64,000 nucleotides of DNA. Origin: Mytilus trossulus. Lineage: Eukaryota. Every line of letters starts with the position of its first letter. Position 1 is the stretch's first letter. The position numbers and the translations under genes are program-made. The notes beneath the pieces were generated by a model. The model saw only the letters and a program-made list of their open reading frames with translations, ran no database searches and was not told where the DNA came from. The DNA lies in contig NC_086380.1 in assembly GCF_036588685.1 (NCBI RefSeq), positions 75,826,001 through 75,890,000 on the forward strand, read 5' to 3'. Positions 50,610 through 62,896 of the stretch are shown piece by piece.

Positions 50610-51030
50610 TATGATTTCCTTGATAGAAGGTTGCTGCTCACAAGGACGCTATTAAACCTAGAGTTCTTATGGTGAAGTAAATTTAACGGTCACCAACACG
50701 AGTTGTTTGACCGTTATGGAATTCCCGTTTCACAGATGATATCGGAGATGTTTCTCATGATGTTGCTACAATCCGGTTCACTTTCAAAAATTTGACCTAC
50801 CAAATTAGACTATTTACTGGGTTTGAAATAACATGAGCTACACGACGGGTACCACATGTAGTGCAGGATCGCTTACCCTTCCAGAGCACATGAGATCACT
50901 CCTAGCTTATTGTGAGGTTTGTATTGCTTAGTCTTTAGTTTTCAATGTTGTGACTTATTTGTCCGTTTGCCTTTTTCAGTTTATTTTCGATCTATGAGTT
51001 TGAATGTCCCTCATGTATCTTTCAGCCCTC
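50610..51030 (+). mobile_element. 3' fragment of a Penelope-like/non-LTR retroelement
   Basis: DFLDRRLLLTRTLLNL-like remnant, followed by a tail (GCAGGATCGCTTACCCTTCCAGAGCAC) that also occurs at about 6930-6975 and, inverted, at about 20050-20095 and 36030-36080. Confidence 0.55.
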
Positions 51031-53694
51031 TTTTTCAAACAAGTTCAAACATGTAACGGTGTATTAAGTGTGCGTATAATGGGTTATGCTAGTTTGGCGT
51101 CATCTCAGTATTGTAACGTCTATCAATATGAAAACCAATCCCACGAATTTACACAATTCTTGATCATCCGATTGAATTATGCAGTTTAAATAAGTCTATC
51201 CTTGTGAAACTTATCAGAATATTCTGACACAGAAAACTTTAGGATTCTTATGCCTGATTTCCAAATTATTTAACCAAATCTCGATTAAAAAAGCAAAATC
51301 AGGATCAAATTATTATATTGTGGACCGAAATTGTCTTTCAAGGGTGTCTAATTTAAAAAAAAAATATTCTTGTAGTTACCATCCTTGTGTACATAATCAT
51401 TGTTGTATTATTTAATATTACATTAGTTACTCATACAATTCTTATACGAGGGTTTCAAACATACGAAAATAGAGCTTTTGGTCTTGTTATGAGATGTTGT
51501 ACGAATGCAGTAGAACTACATCATAAAGTACACATGAATTGTACAATTAGTTCAACAATTGATTTCTTAGAATGTTTAATTGTTATTGAAAAATTTATGA
51601 TTAGACCGAATCGTCACTAGCATTGCGTTAGGATTGTGTGGTTGAATATTTTTGAGTTGCCTGATAGAAGTTCATTAAATTCAACGTTTTTAATGACTTC
51701 GTTTTAATTTACTGTTCACTAGACTTGTAACGCTACTTCTTGAATTTGTGGGTTTACAACTTTCTATGTCAATAAACCTATAAATATCTGAATCGCTAAA
51801 TACCCGAACAGTCGGTATGATTCTCTACTGTAATATCTCGCCAATTCTATGTAAAAATAACAGAAGAATACATTAAAAATATGCATTTAACCTGCAATGT
51901 TTTATTTATTTGAATTGATTTTTATCTATGGGTTGTTGTTAGAAATCTACATAGGACCAATTATATCACATGTTATATTTAAAAAAACGTCATACATTGA
52001 ACTAAGATAATCTATGCCTAGAATAAGAAAATCCTTAGTTTTTAGAAAAATTCAAAGTTTTGTAAACAGGAAATTTATGAAAATGACCACATTATTGATA
52101 TTCATGCCAACACCGAGGTGGTAAACTGTTAAACTGCTACAGTTACTCTGATGTGAAAAAAAACAGTAAAGTTTGTAAGCTATTTTTATTGTTCTTTTTT
52201 ATGACGATGTAATTTATGTTTATTTAAATCGAATTTGCATTACTATTACATATAATAATATTTATATGTTTAAGTTTGAAATGGATATATGTTTTGCTTC
52301 AATTGATCTTTATATAACATACATGTAAGTTAAGTCACATTTTGGAAAGTGCGGACCGTTTGTACTATATTACTTGTTGTAGGGTAAATCATTATACTTT
52401 ACTCGAATAAACGTTGATAATTGAATATATCATTTGATAAAACATACCACTTGGTGTAAATTACCAATTAACAGAATTGACGAACAGACGCCATTGATGC
52501 TTTGATTTGTATTTCAGTACAACAAATAACAAACACTGATTTTGTTTGAATATTGAATTGTCATGGCAACATTTAATCAAAATTCATTCATAAAGCAACA
52601 ACAACTGTTACAACAACAGTACACAACCAAAATATTTGTCAATCAATAAAATGTTGATGACGATTGAACTAATCATTGTATCACAGCTGGGCGATCCAAA
52701 GCTGGTGTACTGAAGGGCGGTCCATTCAGCAATATTTCAGAATTAGCAGCTGGGCTATCCACAGTCTGCATAAAATGAAGTAAATTTCGCTCCGGTTGTG
52801 TGACTGCTTCAGCATGTTACCATGACGGATTTGTGTTTGAAGACTGGAGCATCTGAAAAGTAAATAGAACCAGCAGCAAACAAAGTTCAATTCTTAAGGG
52901 TGGGCGAGGGGGTCTTAATTTTTTAACGTCCTCTCCGATCCGTTCGGTTTTCAAGGTAAAAGATACCGTTAAATTGCACGGACTTTTACGACTCGGCTGT
53001 CACATGCTCAAATTAGCATAATAAGAGTAAAGGACGACTCGATTTGTCGAGTCTCAATACATGTCTATATGTTAATTCAATAAATGAATTTAATTTTCAT
53101 TTAATGAAATTCTATTATTGAATATATCATTTGATAAAACATACCACTTGGTGTAAATTACCAATTAACAGAATTGACGAACAGACGCCATTGATGCCTT
53201 GATTTGTATTTCAGTACAACAAATAACAAACACTGATTTTTTTTTGGATATTGAATTGTCATGGCAACATTTAATCAAAATTTATTCATAAAACAACAAC
53301 AACTGTTACAACAACAGTACACAACCAAAATATTTGTCAATCAATAAAATGTTGATGACGATTGAACTAATCATTGTATCACAGCTGGGAGATCCAAAGC
53401 TGTTGTACTGAAGGGCGGTCCATTCAGCAATATTTCAGAATTAGCAGCTGGGCTATCCTTAGTCTGCATAAAATATAGTAAATTTCGCCAAAATTATCAT
53501 TCGGACTTTAGTACAGAATGATAATCCGCCACAAAATTTACCCATGACAATTCAGTTATTTCCAATTCTACGATCAACTTATCAACAACATTTAAACAAT
53601 CAAGATAATAAAAGATATTACCAATTCAACATTTATGTAACAACCAAATTTCATAAAATACATATATTTAATCCATTAGATTATGAACTGTTTA

Positions 53695-54306
53695 CTATAG
53701 TATTTTAAATACAACACAATGTGGATACTTTATGAATGTTTCTAGTGCTGACTGAATTTGATTCAAGAAAATATCATTTCCAATAAATGATAGATGTACT
53801 CCATCGTCAGAATATAGCGCTGGATGACAATCGTCAAAATCTGGATATTTAATAACGTATCCTCCATGTTTGAGTATATAAGATCTCACTCCCCTATTTA
53901 TTTTCTTTCTTGTAACTTCCAGGGCATGGTCATCACTTGAGTAACGCCATGATCGCCTGGGAAGAATGCTTGACCATATAAGAGAACAATTTGGGAGCAT
54001 GCGAGACAGAATTGCTAATTGTGAATTTAACATGATATAGCAGAGCACCACATGGTACATTTCCTATGTCATTCCCACCACAATGCAATATCAACGCATG
54101 TGGAAGTTTGTTGCATAAATTAATGATGCTGTTAACTGTGCCAACAACATCGTCCCATTTCATACCAGATTTGCCTGCCCATCGCAAAAAACAATTATTA
54201 TTTTTTAAAAGACCTAAATTACTACCTGAATGTCTGTTCTCCGAGTGATCACGAGCACTGCATATCATTGAAGAACCAATAATCCATATTTCATTACTAA
54301 GACAAG
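53695..54306 (-). pseudogene. SGNH/GDSL hydrolase-like ORF carried by the Ngaro element, one frameshift near 54015
   Basis: Block I EIWIIGSS, block II WAGKSGMKW, block III LILHCGGND and block V DGVHL are all recognisable. Confidence 0.85.
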
Positions 54307-54319
54307 CTGAAATTATAAG

Positions 54320-55230
54320 TTATTTGGTTAGCTCAATTCTTATATAACGTTTAAAGGATGCAGATTTCCAACGACCTAAAGTCATAATTTCTTCATCAGT
54401 ATGACCGTTCATAGCAAAATGTGTAGCTGCTCATATTCGAAATGAATGCGTGTTGTACTCATTTGGATGACAATCAATAAATTTCATGGTTTTGCATAGT
54501 ACATTAGAAAATTGATATCGTGTTACACCGGTTTTGTTAAAATGACAAAAAAATGGTCCACTGTGTTGATGTCTGATTGAAATAAAGTTTAATAACAATC
54601 TCACCGGGCAAATATCTACTTGATTAAAACTTTCAACTGTTAATGTTGTAGATAAACCTTTTTGGTCTGTTTTCGAAAAGGGAATTGTGATATATGCACA
54701 TTGTGAATGATGTTAAACATTGACATCATCATTGTTAATGACATGTTGCGTATTTCTATTAATTGTAATTTCACCGATTCTCAAAAATGCAAAAAATGCT
54801 AATGAAAACATGGATCTAAATAACGTACATTCATATACTGAAGAGCAGACAAATTGCAACGAGTGTATTAATCGAGCTAATATTTCTCAAGTTATAGGTT
54901 TGCGACTATCCACTACGCCATATAATTTGTCCATTCCTTTCAACATTTTTTGTATAATGAACGATGAAGTCAAATCAGTGAGCTCATTTATTCGTAAATA
55001 ATAGCTTAAGCCTGACAAGTACACCTTAACCGTTGCAGGGGCATATCCTAATTTTGATAAATAAGCAACATAGTTAACTAAATACGAAATACTGGGTGGC
55101 CATGTATTTCCTAAACCTTCTTTTAATCTAAATGAAACAAATGAAGTCAGTCCATTATTATACGTTTTCCATGTATTCTGAGAATTCGAGGCGTCCAATA
55201 ACTTTGCTATTTCTGGTCTAAAATGTTCCA
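54320..55230 (-). pseudogene. Ngaro tyrosine recombinase, disrupted
   Basis: NTWKTY...YVAYLSKLGYAPATVKVYLSGLSY...DSRKPIT*; FLRIGE; NTHSFRI*AATH; LGRWKSASFKRYIRIELTK* (stop at 54320). Confidence 0.9.
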
Positions 55231-55289
55231 AAATTCCTCCAGAATTGTAGCTGGATCTGTATCTGCTGTTAGAGCCAGACTTTTGAATT

Positions 55290-56842
55290 TCTGATTTTTT
55301 ACGAGAAATACAATCTGCAATTATATTTGTATAACCAGGAATGAACTGTGCCTTAATGTGAAAATTGCATAATAATGACCAATATACTATGTGTCTAACA
55401 AGGTTCATAATTCGTATAGATTTTGACGACTTCTTATTTAAAATTTCAACCACGGCATTATTATCCGAATCAAATAAAATTTTCTCTTTTTGAAAAAGAT
55501 TACCCCATAAGTAAACAGATAGTGCAATTGGTATCATTTCTAAATTTGATATATCCCTGAGAACTTCAGTAACAGACCACTCTACAGGCCATTCAAGAAA
55601 AGCCCATTTGCCTTGGAAATAGCAGCCACACCCTTTTGTTGAACCACCAGCGCTGTCAGTAAATAGTTGTAAAACTGAATTTGAAGTCCAATCAATGTCA
55701 AGCATGTAACTAATACGGATAAATTTGTCTAAAAACAATTCCCATACCAATAAGTCTTGATCAAGCCTTCTGTGATTCTCACATAATGATGTGGTTTCTT
55801 TGCTTGACTACATGTACTTGCCAAATACATTCGTCTGCTAAATGCCCTGCCTGCAGGTAGAGCGTTAGCACAAAAAGCTAATGACCCACACAAAGATTGT
55901 AGGTCCCTTAAAGTTATCTTTTTCCTACCTAATACCCACTTAATTTTTGACTTTAACTCCAATACTTTGTCCTCCGGAATTTGTATAAGCATTTTTTCTG
56001 TGTCTATAAGCAAACCTAAATAACTAAGTTTTGTTGTTGGGCCTTCTGTTTTTTCATTAGCAATTGGGACTCCAAGAAGACAACATACCCTATCAAAACT
56101 ATTCATCAAATTTTTACAATCCTCAGTATTGCTTTTACCACCAAAAAAAATTCATTCAAATAATGATCAAGATTATCTGAATTGGACTCAGTCATGACAG
56201 CCCATTGAATAAAAGTTGAATTTTTTTCGAAAAAGCAATTTAATTCTGAATACACCATAGGCAATGATTTATCTATGAAATAATATTCATTAAGTTTAAA
56301 CCCTAATAGATCAAAGTCCCCCGGATAAATTTTTAACAATCTGAAGGCGGATTTAATGTCCTTTTTTCCAATTTCAACATTTGAACCCAATATTTTAATC
56401 ATATCAATAGCATTGTCAAAAGACGAATACTTTACTGTAGTAAATTTTTCATCAATAAAGTCGTTTACACTCAAATTCGGCGGAAAAGATAAGTGCGTAA
56501 TCAATCTAAATCCACCCGGTTTTTTTAGGAATTACACCTATAGGCGAACACCTTAGATTAGATAAAGGTCTAGTCAAAAAAGGACTAGCTATGCGACCAT
56601 TTTTTACTTCACTCATGACTTTTCCCATGCCACCCGAGGATTTAGGATGACTGAATGTATTTTTTTTGATTCAATCCTACATCGGGGTCCCAAATAATTT
56701 AGCCTAAAACCTTCAGAAAATCCCTTGCATAATAACATTGCATCATGTTGATTTGGGTAATTGAAAAGAAGTTTATTTAAATCTGTGATATTGATCGGAG
56801 TAAAGCCAAGACACCATATGTCCAACAGGTTAATAACAGATT
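55290..56842 (-). pseudogene. Ngaro reverse transcriptase/RNase H, frameshifted
   Basis: KKDIKSAFRLL, DKSLPM, HYLNEF (degenerate YLDD), EKTEGPTTKLSYLGLLID; RNase H motifs LFTDSAG, LEMIPI, DSDNNAVV and NIIADCISR. Confidence 0.9.
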
Positions 56843-56858
56843 CTGAAAAATATAAAAT

Positions 56859-57968
56859 TTAATTGTTAAATGTATGTGGTGCGGGCATTCGAATGGCAGG
56901 GAATCTGCTTCCTGGAGGTCTAAATCCTTGGTTCAAATTCGCTCCCCTTTGAAAATTTGTTTGACTTCTAGGTGCAAAATTTCTAGCACCTCTATTTTGA
57001 TATGTGCCTCGGGCTGCATTTTGAGAACGAGCATATGCCTGGTTGCTATTTACTTGTTGACAGCCAGCGAAAGGGTGGGCCATTCCGCATTTCATACATA
57101 AATGGGTGTAAAAACAATTTTGACGATTACAAGCTCCCTTGAAATTATAATCATAGCATGGTCGATTACCTACACTTGTCTGTTGAATTGTATTACCCTC
57201 CGGTTCCCCATTAGCTATGACGGTTTACCATAAAATTCCATCAATGGAAGACCAAGATCTTGTAGGATTATTTGCCATTCTTAATCTAAATTGCTGGTCA
57301 TAACAATAAATCTTCTCAAAAGACACTTGTGTACCTCTAATGATTGGCATATAAGTGGTAAATTCACTAGCTAAATTTGGAAAACGTTGAATAAATATTT
57401 TCATATAATTTATAAATGCATCAGTCCATGACTCAATGTTTTGAATAGATTTAACTTTGCTGTTTTTGTTTGATGTAATTACAAGTGAAACAGCTGCATT
57501 ATCATTACTTATAACATTTTGAGGTCTGTCAACTTGGCTAATAAAATTTTGATAAAGAAGTAATGACAAATCTATAAATTCTCTATTCCAAATTTTTTCT
57601 TTCAATTTTTGGGATACGTAAACATCACATTCTGACTGATTAGGTATAAGCATAGGATCATTATTTATCTCACCATTTTGATTAGGCATTGGCACAGGAG
57701 CTGGTATTTCAACTTGCGCAAATGGCCCTTGTACGTTCATTGCTGGTGCTACAGGACCTTGCAAAGCAGGTTGTCTTTCAATTGGCAAAGGAGGAGCCTG
57801 GATTTGTAGAGGAAGAGGTGTTTGTACTTGTACTTCACCAACAATTGCCCCCACATCTTGAGTTCTTGGTGCAACAACTGCACGGTTTCTCCTTCCGCGT
57901 CGTCTCTCTGGTGGTTGCGCTTCAACAACGGGCCCATTCCCATTTCTTCGTCGACCAATTCTAGGCAT
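56859..57968 (-). pseudogene. Ngaro gag-like ORF with one in-frame stop
   Basis: MPRIGRRR...VSQKLKEKIWNREFIDLSLLL...IESWTDAFINY...YDQQFRLRMA; stop at 57225-57227; then in-frame zinc finger CYDYNFKGACNRQNCFYTHLCMKCGMAHPFAGC. Confidence 0.85.
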
Positions 57969-58154
57969 TTGTATAAACAAAATAGGTTAAAAATTGAAGT
58001 ACTTACTAACATCACATAGCTAGTATTCTGTCTTTTAATTTGATTTATTTTTGTAACAGTTTCAATGCATCGACTTCAGTATTCATTTTATTCATATATA
58101 TCAACTCTGTCATTTGAGCTTAATAAATCAATTCCTTAGATTGTCTCTTATCTA

Positions 58155-58188
<34 letters not shown>

Positions 58189-60219
58189 AGTACATGTATA
58201 TCACGAATTGTGATATGTAAAATATATAAATTATTTATGACCAACCCAACCTGTAAACATACACCTACCTGTCTCTACGCATTATAACAGGTGTACTTTA
58301 ACATTCTGCATCAAGGATGAATAAACTGTGAAATTAAACATGTCTAGGCAATGCATATACTAATAAAAAATATTCATTTAGAATTTCCATGCCACGTGGC
58401 TCAACCGCATATTTAATTCGACGAAGTAATAAGTTAGTTTAAAAATTACAAAAACAATCAATAAAAAAAAATCATTAAATCCGAATAAGATTTAAAATAT
58501 GAATTCTTAAATAAACTTATTAAAACAATACTTATCTTGATAGTGTATGTAAAATCTTTCTCTTAGTTTTGTAACGTTCGTTTTTCAAAATAAAAGAGAC
58601 CGCTAAATTGCACGGACTTTTACTACTCGGCTGTCACATGCTCAAATTAGCATAATAAGAGTAAAGGACGACTCGATTTGTCGAGTCTCAATACATGTAT
58701 ATATGTTAATTCAATAAATGAATTTAATTTTCATTTAATTAAATTCTATTATTAACCTCTGATTACTAGTTGTTAGTAGATCTATGTTAATTAATGTATC
58801 ATTGTCAATTTATTTAGTTTCTTTGGTTACCTATTCTGACATTGGCATCGAACTTCCTTTTAACTATGTGTTTTTGTCTGTATTATTTTTTCTGCATTGG
58901 CTAGATGTATAAGGGGTTGGTTGAGATCTTAACAAACCATGTTTAACCTCGCCGCATTTTGCACCTGTCCAACGTCAAGAGCTTCTGACATTTGCTAGTT
59001 TGGTTTGATTTGTAATTTCTGTTTCGGAGTTTAGTATGACGTCCATTATATTTGAACCAGTAAACACTTTTATTTAGGGGCCAGATGTTTAGAAATCAAT
59101 AATTGTTTTGGTGGAGTTTGTGTAGGTCAGTTTTATAAATGTTTTATAGAGTGTTATTGGTATTTTGATAGTTTTATATATTGAGCATACAAATGTGTTT
59201 TAAAATTAACAACTAACGTACCTTGGATAAAGCGGGATGAGGAGCTCATATTTTGGGATTTATCAAAATTCTGCAATTAAGCGCCATTATGTTATTTCAT
59301 TTACGCTTATGCATCCTGCAAGAAGCAAATTTAAATATACAGATACATTAATACAGACAATCTAATTAGATATTATGAAGTATATCAAATACATACCATG
59401 GACATTTGATCATGGAGGTTGTAAACTGATTTTTCATGAGTAGTAACAACCCTTTGGCTTAAAAAAGTTACATACTCATAAAATGTATTTAAAGTGAAAA
59501 GCATCAGACCCCCTGTTCTTCTGGTCAGTCGTAAATTCACAGTCGTTGACAAAGCCATTTTAAAGTCTAACACATGCAAGTCATATACTAGTATAGGGAG
59601 TGGTGGTGGTGTTTCCATCTTTACTTACGGAATTGCCGTTTGTTTGTTTAAAAAAGATCCTCCAAATAAATGTTACAAACATATTGATAATCAAAAAATT
59701 GTTGTTTGAAAATGAGATTTTTTTTACAAAGTATGAGTTTAGACACTGTCCACGCTTTTCAATGAAACCAAGCAGGATCATTTGTTTTTAATTTGTCTTT
59801 TACTTTGAAATGGGGAATTTTTGTTTAAGTATAAAACAGTCAAATGTTTTCATACTATAACAAAGTGAAAGAGTGTTAAAATGTATTTACTCAAAAAAGA
59901 TGTTTTGAAAAGAATAGGTAATTTCACAATAACTTTAGAGCCCGGCTTTGTTTGTTGATACAATTGATGTAAATAATTTAAAAAAGAGGTTTCATGGATC
60001 AACTTGAAGACATGGCAATGTTATGTTGTTTGTAAGAACTCTGATACAGTTTCGTTATCCAATACAGTGATGGAAGATTTTGTTCTTCATATGTGGTCGC
60101 AATTCATAAGAAACATAGAACAGACCTATGATTATCTACGATTTCAATTTAATACGTGTCGTGGGGGGTATGTGTTGTGTTTGCAAGTCAACCGTAAATA
60201 CCTGCAAATACGTAAGCTG

Positions 60220-62215
60220 CAACATCCAGTCAGAAATGATTTTAGATTATTACTACACAGACCATGAGATCGTTTACCATGTACACTGAAGAGCCTGTAT
60301 ATCTAATGAACACAGGGTTTGTCAGAACGTGCTTCAATTGGAACTTGCCTGAATGGATGTCAAAAAGTCTGCACTGTTTGATAATTTAAGCGAAGACACA
60401 AAGCATCCTATTACAACATTGAACGCTTTGAACGATAACAGACAGAAAAACTTACAATCAATAGAGAAATATAGATTCTTACACTGCAACAAGTGTATTA
60501 CGATATTTCATCACTCGAGACAGTTAAATTTTAGTATGTAAAGCGCGAGGCTTGCCGAACCCTTTAAATTATAAAATGTAACTGTCGAGAGTGGAGAAAT
60601 ATCGTAATACACGAGTTATAGTGTCGAAATCTGTTTCTCTAATGCTTTTTATCGTTCTTTTTCAAAGATTTTCAGAAAATTGTGCTCTTTATATGCGACG
60701 CCATTAGGCAAGGTAGCATTTTGTCATGACGTCACAATAGGAAAATTGAAAAGAAAAGAAAACATTTTGACGTCATAATCAAATTTAGACTAATCATTTG
60801 ACGAGAACAGATTTTTCACTAGTGAGGAGAAATATTTTTCTCACACTGGTCAGAAAATGTGAAAATAGCACAAAAATTAGAGAATTCTAAATCATCAATA
60901 ACTAGCCAGATTAGAGCAAAGCAGTTAAATCCAAATTGTTGAAACAAATAGACGAGTTGGAACGTGAACTTTCTACGAGGTTCTCATTTCTTCAACGAAA
61001 ACATAAAAAAATGAATAAACAAACAAAACCAAGAAATGTCACAGGTCTTGGTCGATGTAATAGAAAATAAAACCGAAATGGATTTCTTACGAGATTACGG
61101 ATTAAGGAATCAGATCTTTATATTCTTGCGATAAAAAGTTACAAATATTCATAGTACCGAGGCTAAGATTCAGCAAATCACAAGAAATCGATAATATCTT
61201 TCATGAAAAGAAAAATGTTAAGCTCGAGTTTTTCAGGTCACTGTTAGAAAAATTATCAACCACGTCTGCTTCAATACAGACCAAAGATAATGACCGAACC
61301 ATAGAAACGCATTGTCGAGTTTAAGAAGGATGATACAGAATTAAGAGTTAGAACTGAATCCTATGAAAATAAAAGAGGGACGCATGATACCAAAGGGACA
61401 GTCAAACTCAAAAATCTAAAACAAACTGACAACGCCATGGCTAAAAATGAAAAAGACAAACAGAAAATTAATAGTACACATGACACAACATAGAAAACTA
61501 AAGAATAAATAATATTTTGGATGTTACAGATAATAATGAATTGCTTCTTATTAATCATTCATTATCAGAATCAAAACTCTATGTGTACAAAAAATGCAAA
61601 GATTATGAGATGAAGATGCCATTTTCCCCTATCCTTCATGGTGAAGCCGTGAAACCTGATACCAATAGAGCTGTTGTTACTTTATCTGAATATCAGTCCA
61701 TAAACACTACAACGATGAAAAGAGACGAAAAAAGTTAACGTAGGATTTACATGTTATGGTATCACTGCTGGACGCGAGAGAGTGTACGTTGGTGGTGAAG
61801 GTGCAATTATCAAAACATTAGACACCAATAGGAAAATTCTTAAAATACATTTGTAATTCAACAAGGATTTGATTGTATTTTCTTCATTGTATATGATGAT
61901 ATACATGATCAATTGATTGTTAGATGTCTTGACAAACTCCTTTGGATAAAATTAGATGGAACACTTGTATACAGTTAGGACGTTTCAGGATTATCCGGAA
62001 TTACGCTTGATAGACAAGGGAACATTTAGATCGGTGGTTACAGGACCAACAACATACTGAGAATATCATCAGATTAAAAAAAAAACAGAGAAGAAATGCT
62101 GAATAAAGACAATGGCATTAGACATCCGTCTGGAATGTGTTTTAACAATGACTTCACCACACTGTGTGTTATTAATAACGGTTGCAAATCCGTACATGTA
62201 TTCAAAGGCAAGTAA
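60220..62215 (+). pseudogene. TRIM-like copy 4, 5'-truncated and heavily decayed
   Basis: Homology starts in B-box2 (EMILDYYYTDHEIV) and continues through the coiled coil and propeller to TTCAAAGGCAAGTAA (62215). Many stops; insertions at 60471-60885 and about 61362-61510. Confidence 0.9.
60471..60885. mobile_element. Short foldback insertion inside TRIM copy 4
   Basis: Splits the codons AAA TCT AAA. Long imperfect hairpin 60473-60632; internal TTCTCTAAT (60635-60643) is complementary to the right end ATTAGAGAA (60876-60884). Confidence 0.8.
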
Positions 62216-62688
62216 AAATATATGTCAAAGAATTTAGATTTCTTTATCAAAATGTAACTTATATACAAAAAGTATAGTTTTTAGTTTTACTATGGAAGAT
62301 CATTTTTTTTACAATAAAACCTGACTTTTCATTTAAAAACTGTGTGAACTAGTATGAAATTACAAATATGTTTAATCCATAATGGCAAATGCGAGAAATT
62401 AATGTATTTTAAAAAGAATAGGATAAGTGACGTATATTTATCAGCATGAAAATAAGGATACTTTTAGATACTGTAAGTGCTCTAAAATCATTGACCGATA
62501 GTGAGGTTCTAGAAAACGGAGGTGATTAGGAAAAATTAGTAGATACTTTAACACGTGTGTTACCTATGCAATGTTAAGAGTGCAAGACATCTATGTACAT
62601 TGTATTAACCATATATTTTGTTTAACAAAGGTGATATAAACATTTACCTTGACTGCATATAAGCTTATTTGCGATTTCGATCGGTTTA

Positions 62689-62896
62689 TTTTGGATTCAT
62701 TTACGTTCGTTGGTATCAGTTTTCGTGGATTGAAGAAAACTTGCATTTTCATGGATATTTGATTTCGAGGCTTTTCAATCTCAGAACATAAAGTCTTTTT
62801 TGAATTTGAAATTCGGTCAACAATTGAATTCGTGGTTCACATGTACACACGAAGCCCACGAAAATTTGTATCCACCGAATAATAATGAATCCACAG
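62689..62896. mobile_element. About 210-bp MITE (Tc1/mariner-like end ...CCACAG|TA)
   Basis: TGGATTCATT...TTCGTTGGTATCAGTTTTCGTGG at the left is inverted relative to CCACGAAAATTTGTATCCACCGAA...AATGAATCCACAG at the right. Confidence 0.7.

Larger units (their letters stand above)
52420..58753 (-). mobile_element. Ngaro-type tyrosine-recombinase retrotransposon, structurally complete, ORFs mutated
   Basis: Split direct repeats in element orientation: A1 (58753-58575) ... B1 (53488-53117), A2 (53119-52941), B2 (52790-52420). Gene order gag, RT/RNase H, YR, SGNH hydrolase. ATT is shared by both ends and the B1/A2 junction. Confidence 0.93.

Noticed and set aside
52420-53488. LTR pair or assembly duplication
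   Set aside because: The 370-bp repeats, together with the A repeat shared with 58575-58753, form the A-BAB split direct repeat of an Ngaro element.
59385-59800. Short ORFs (METPPPLP...) as a possible gene or retroelement ORF1 fragment
   Set aside because: No motif I can recognise with confidence; a database search would be needed.
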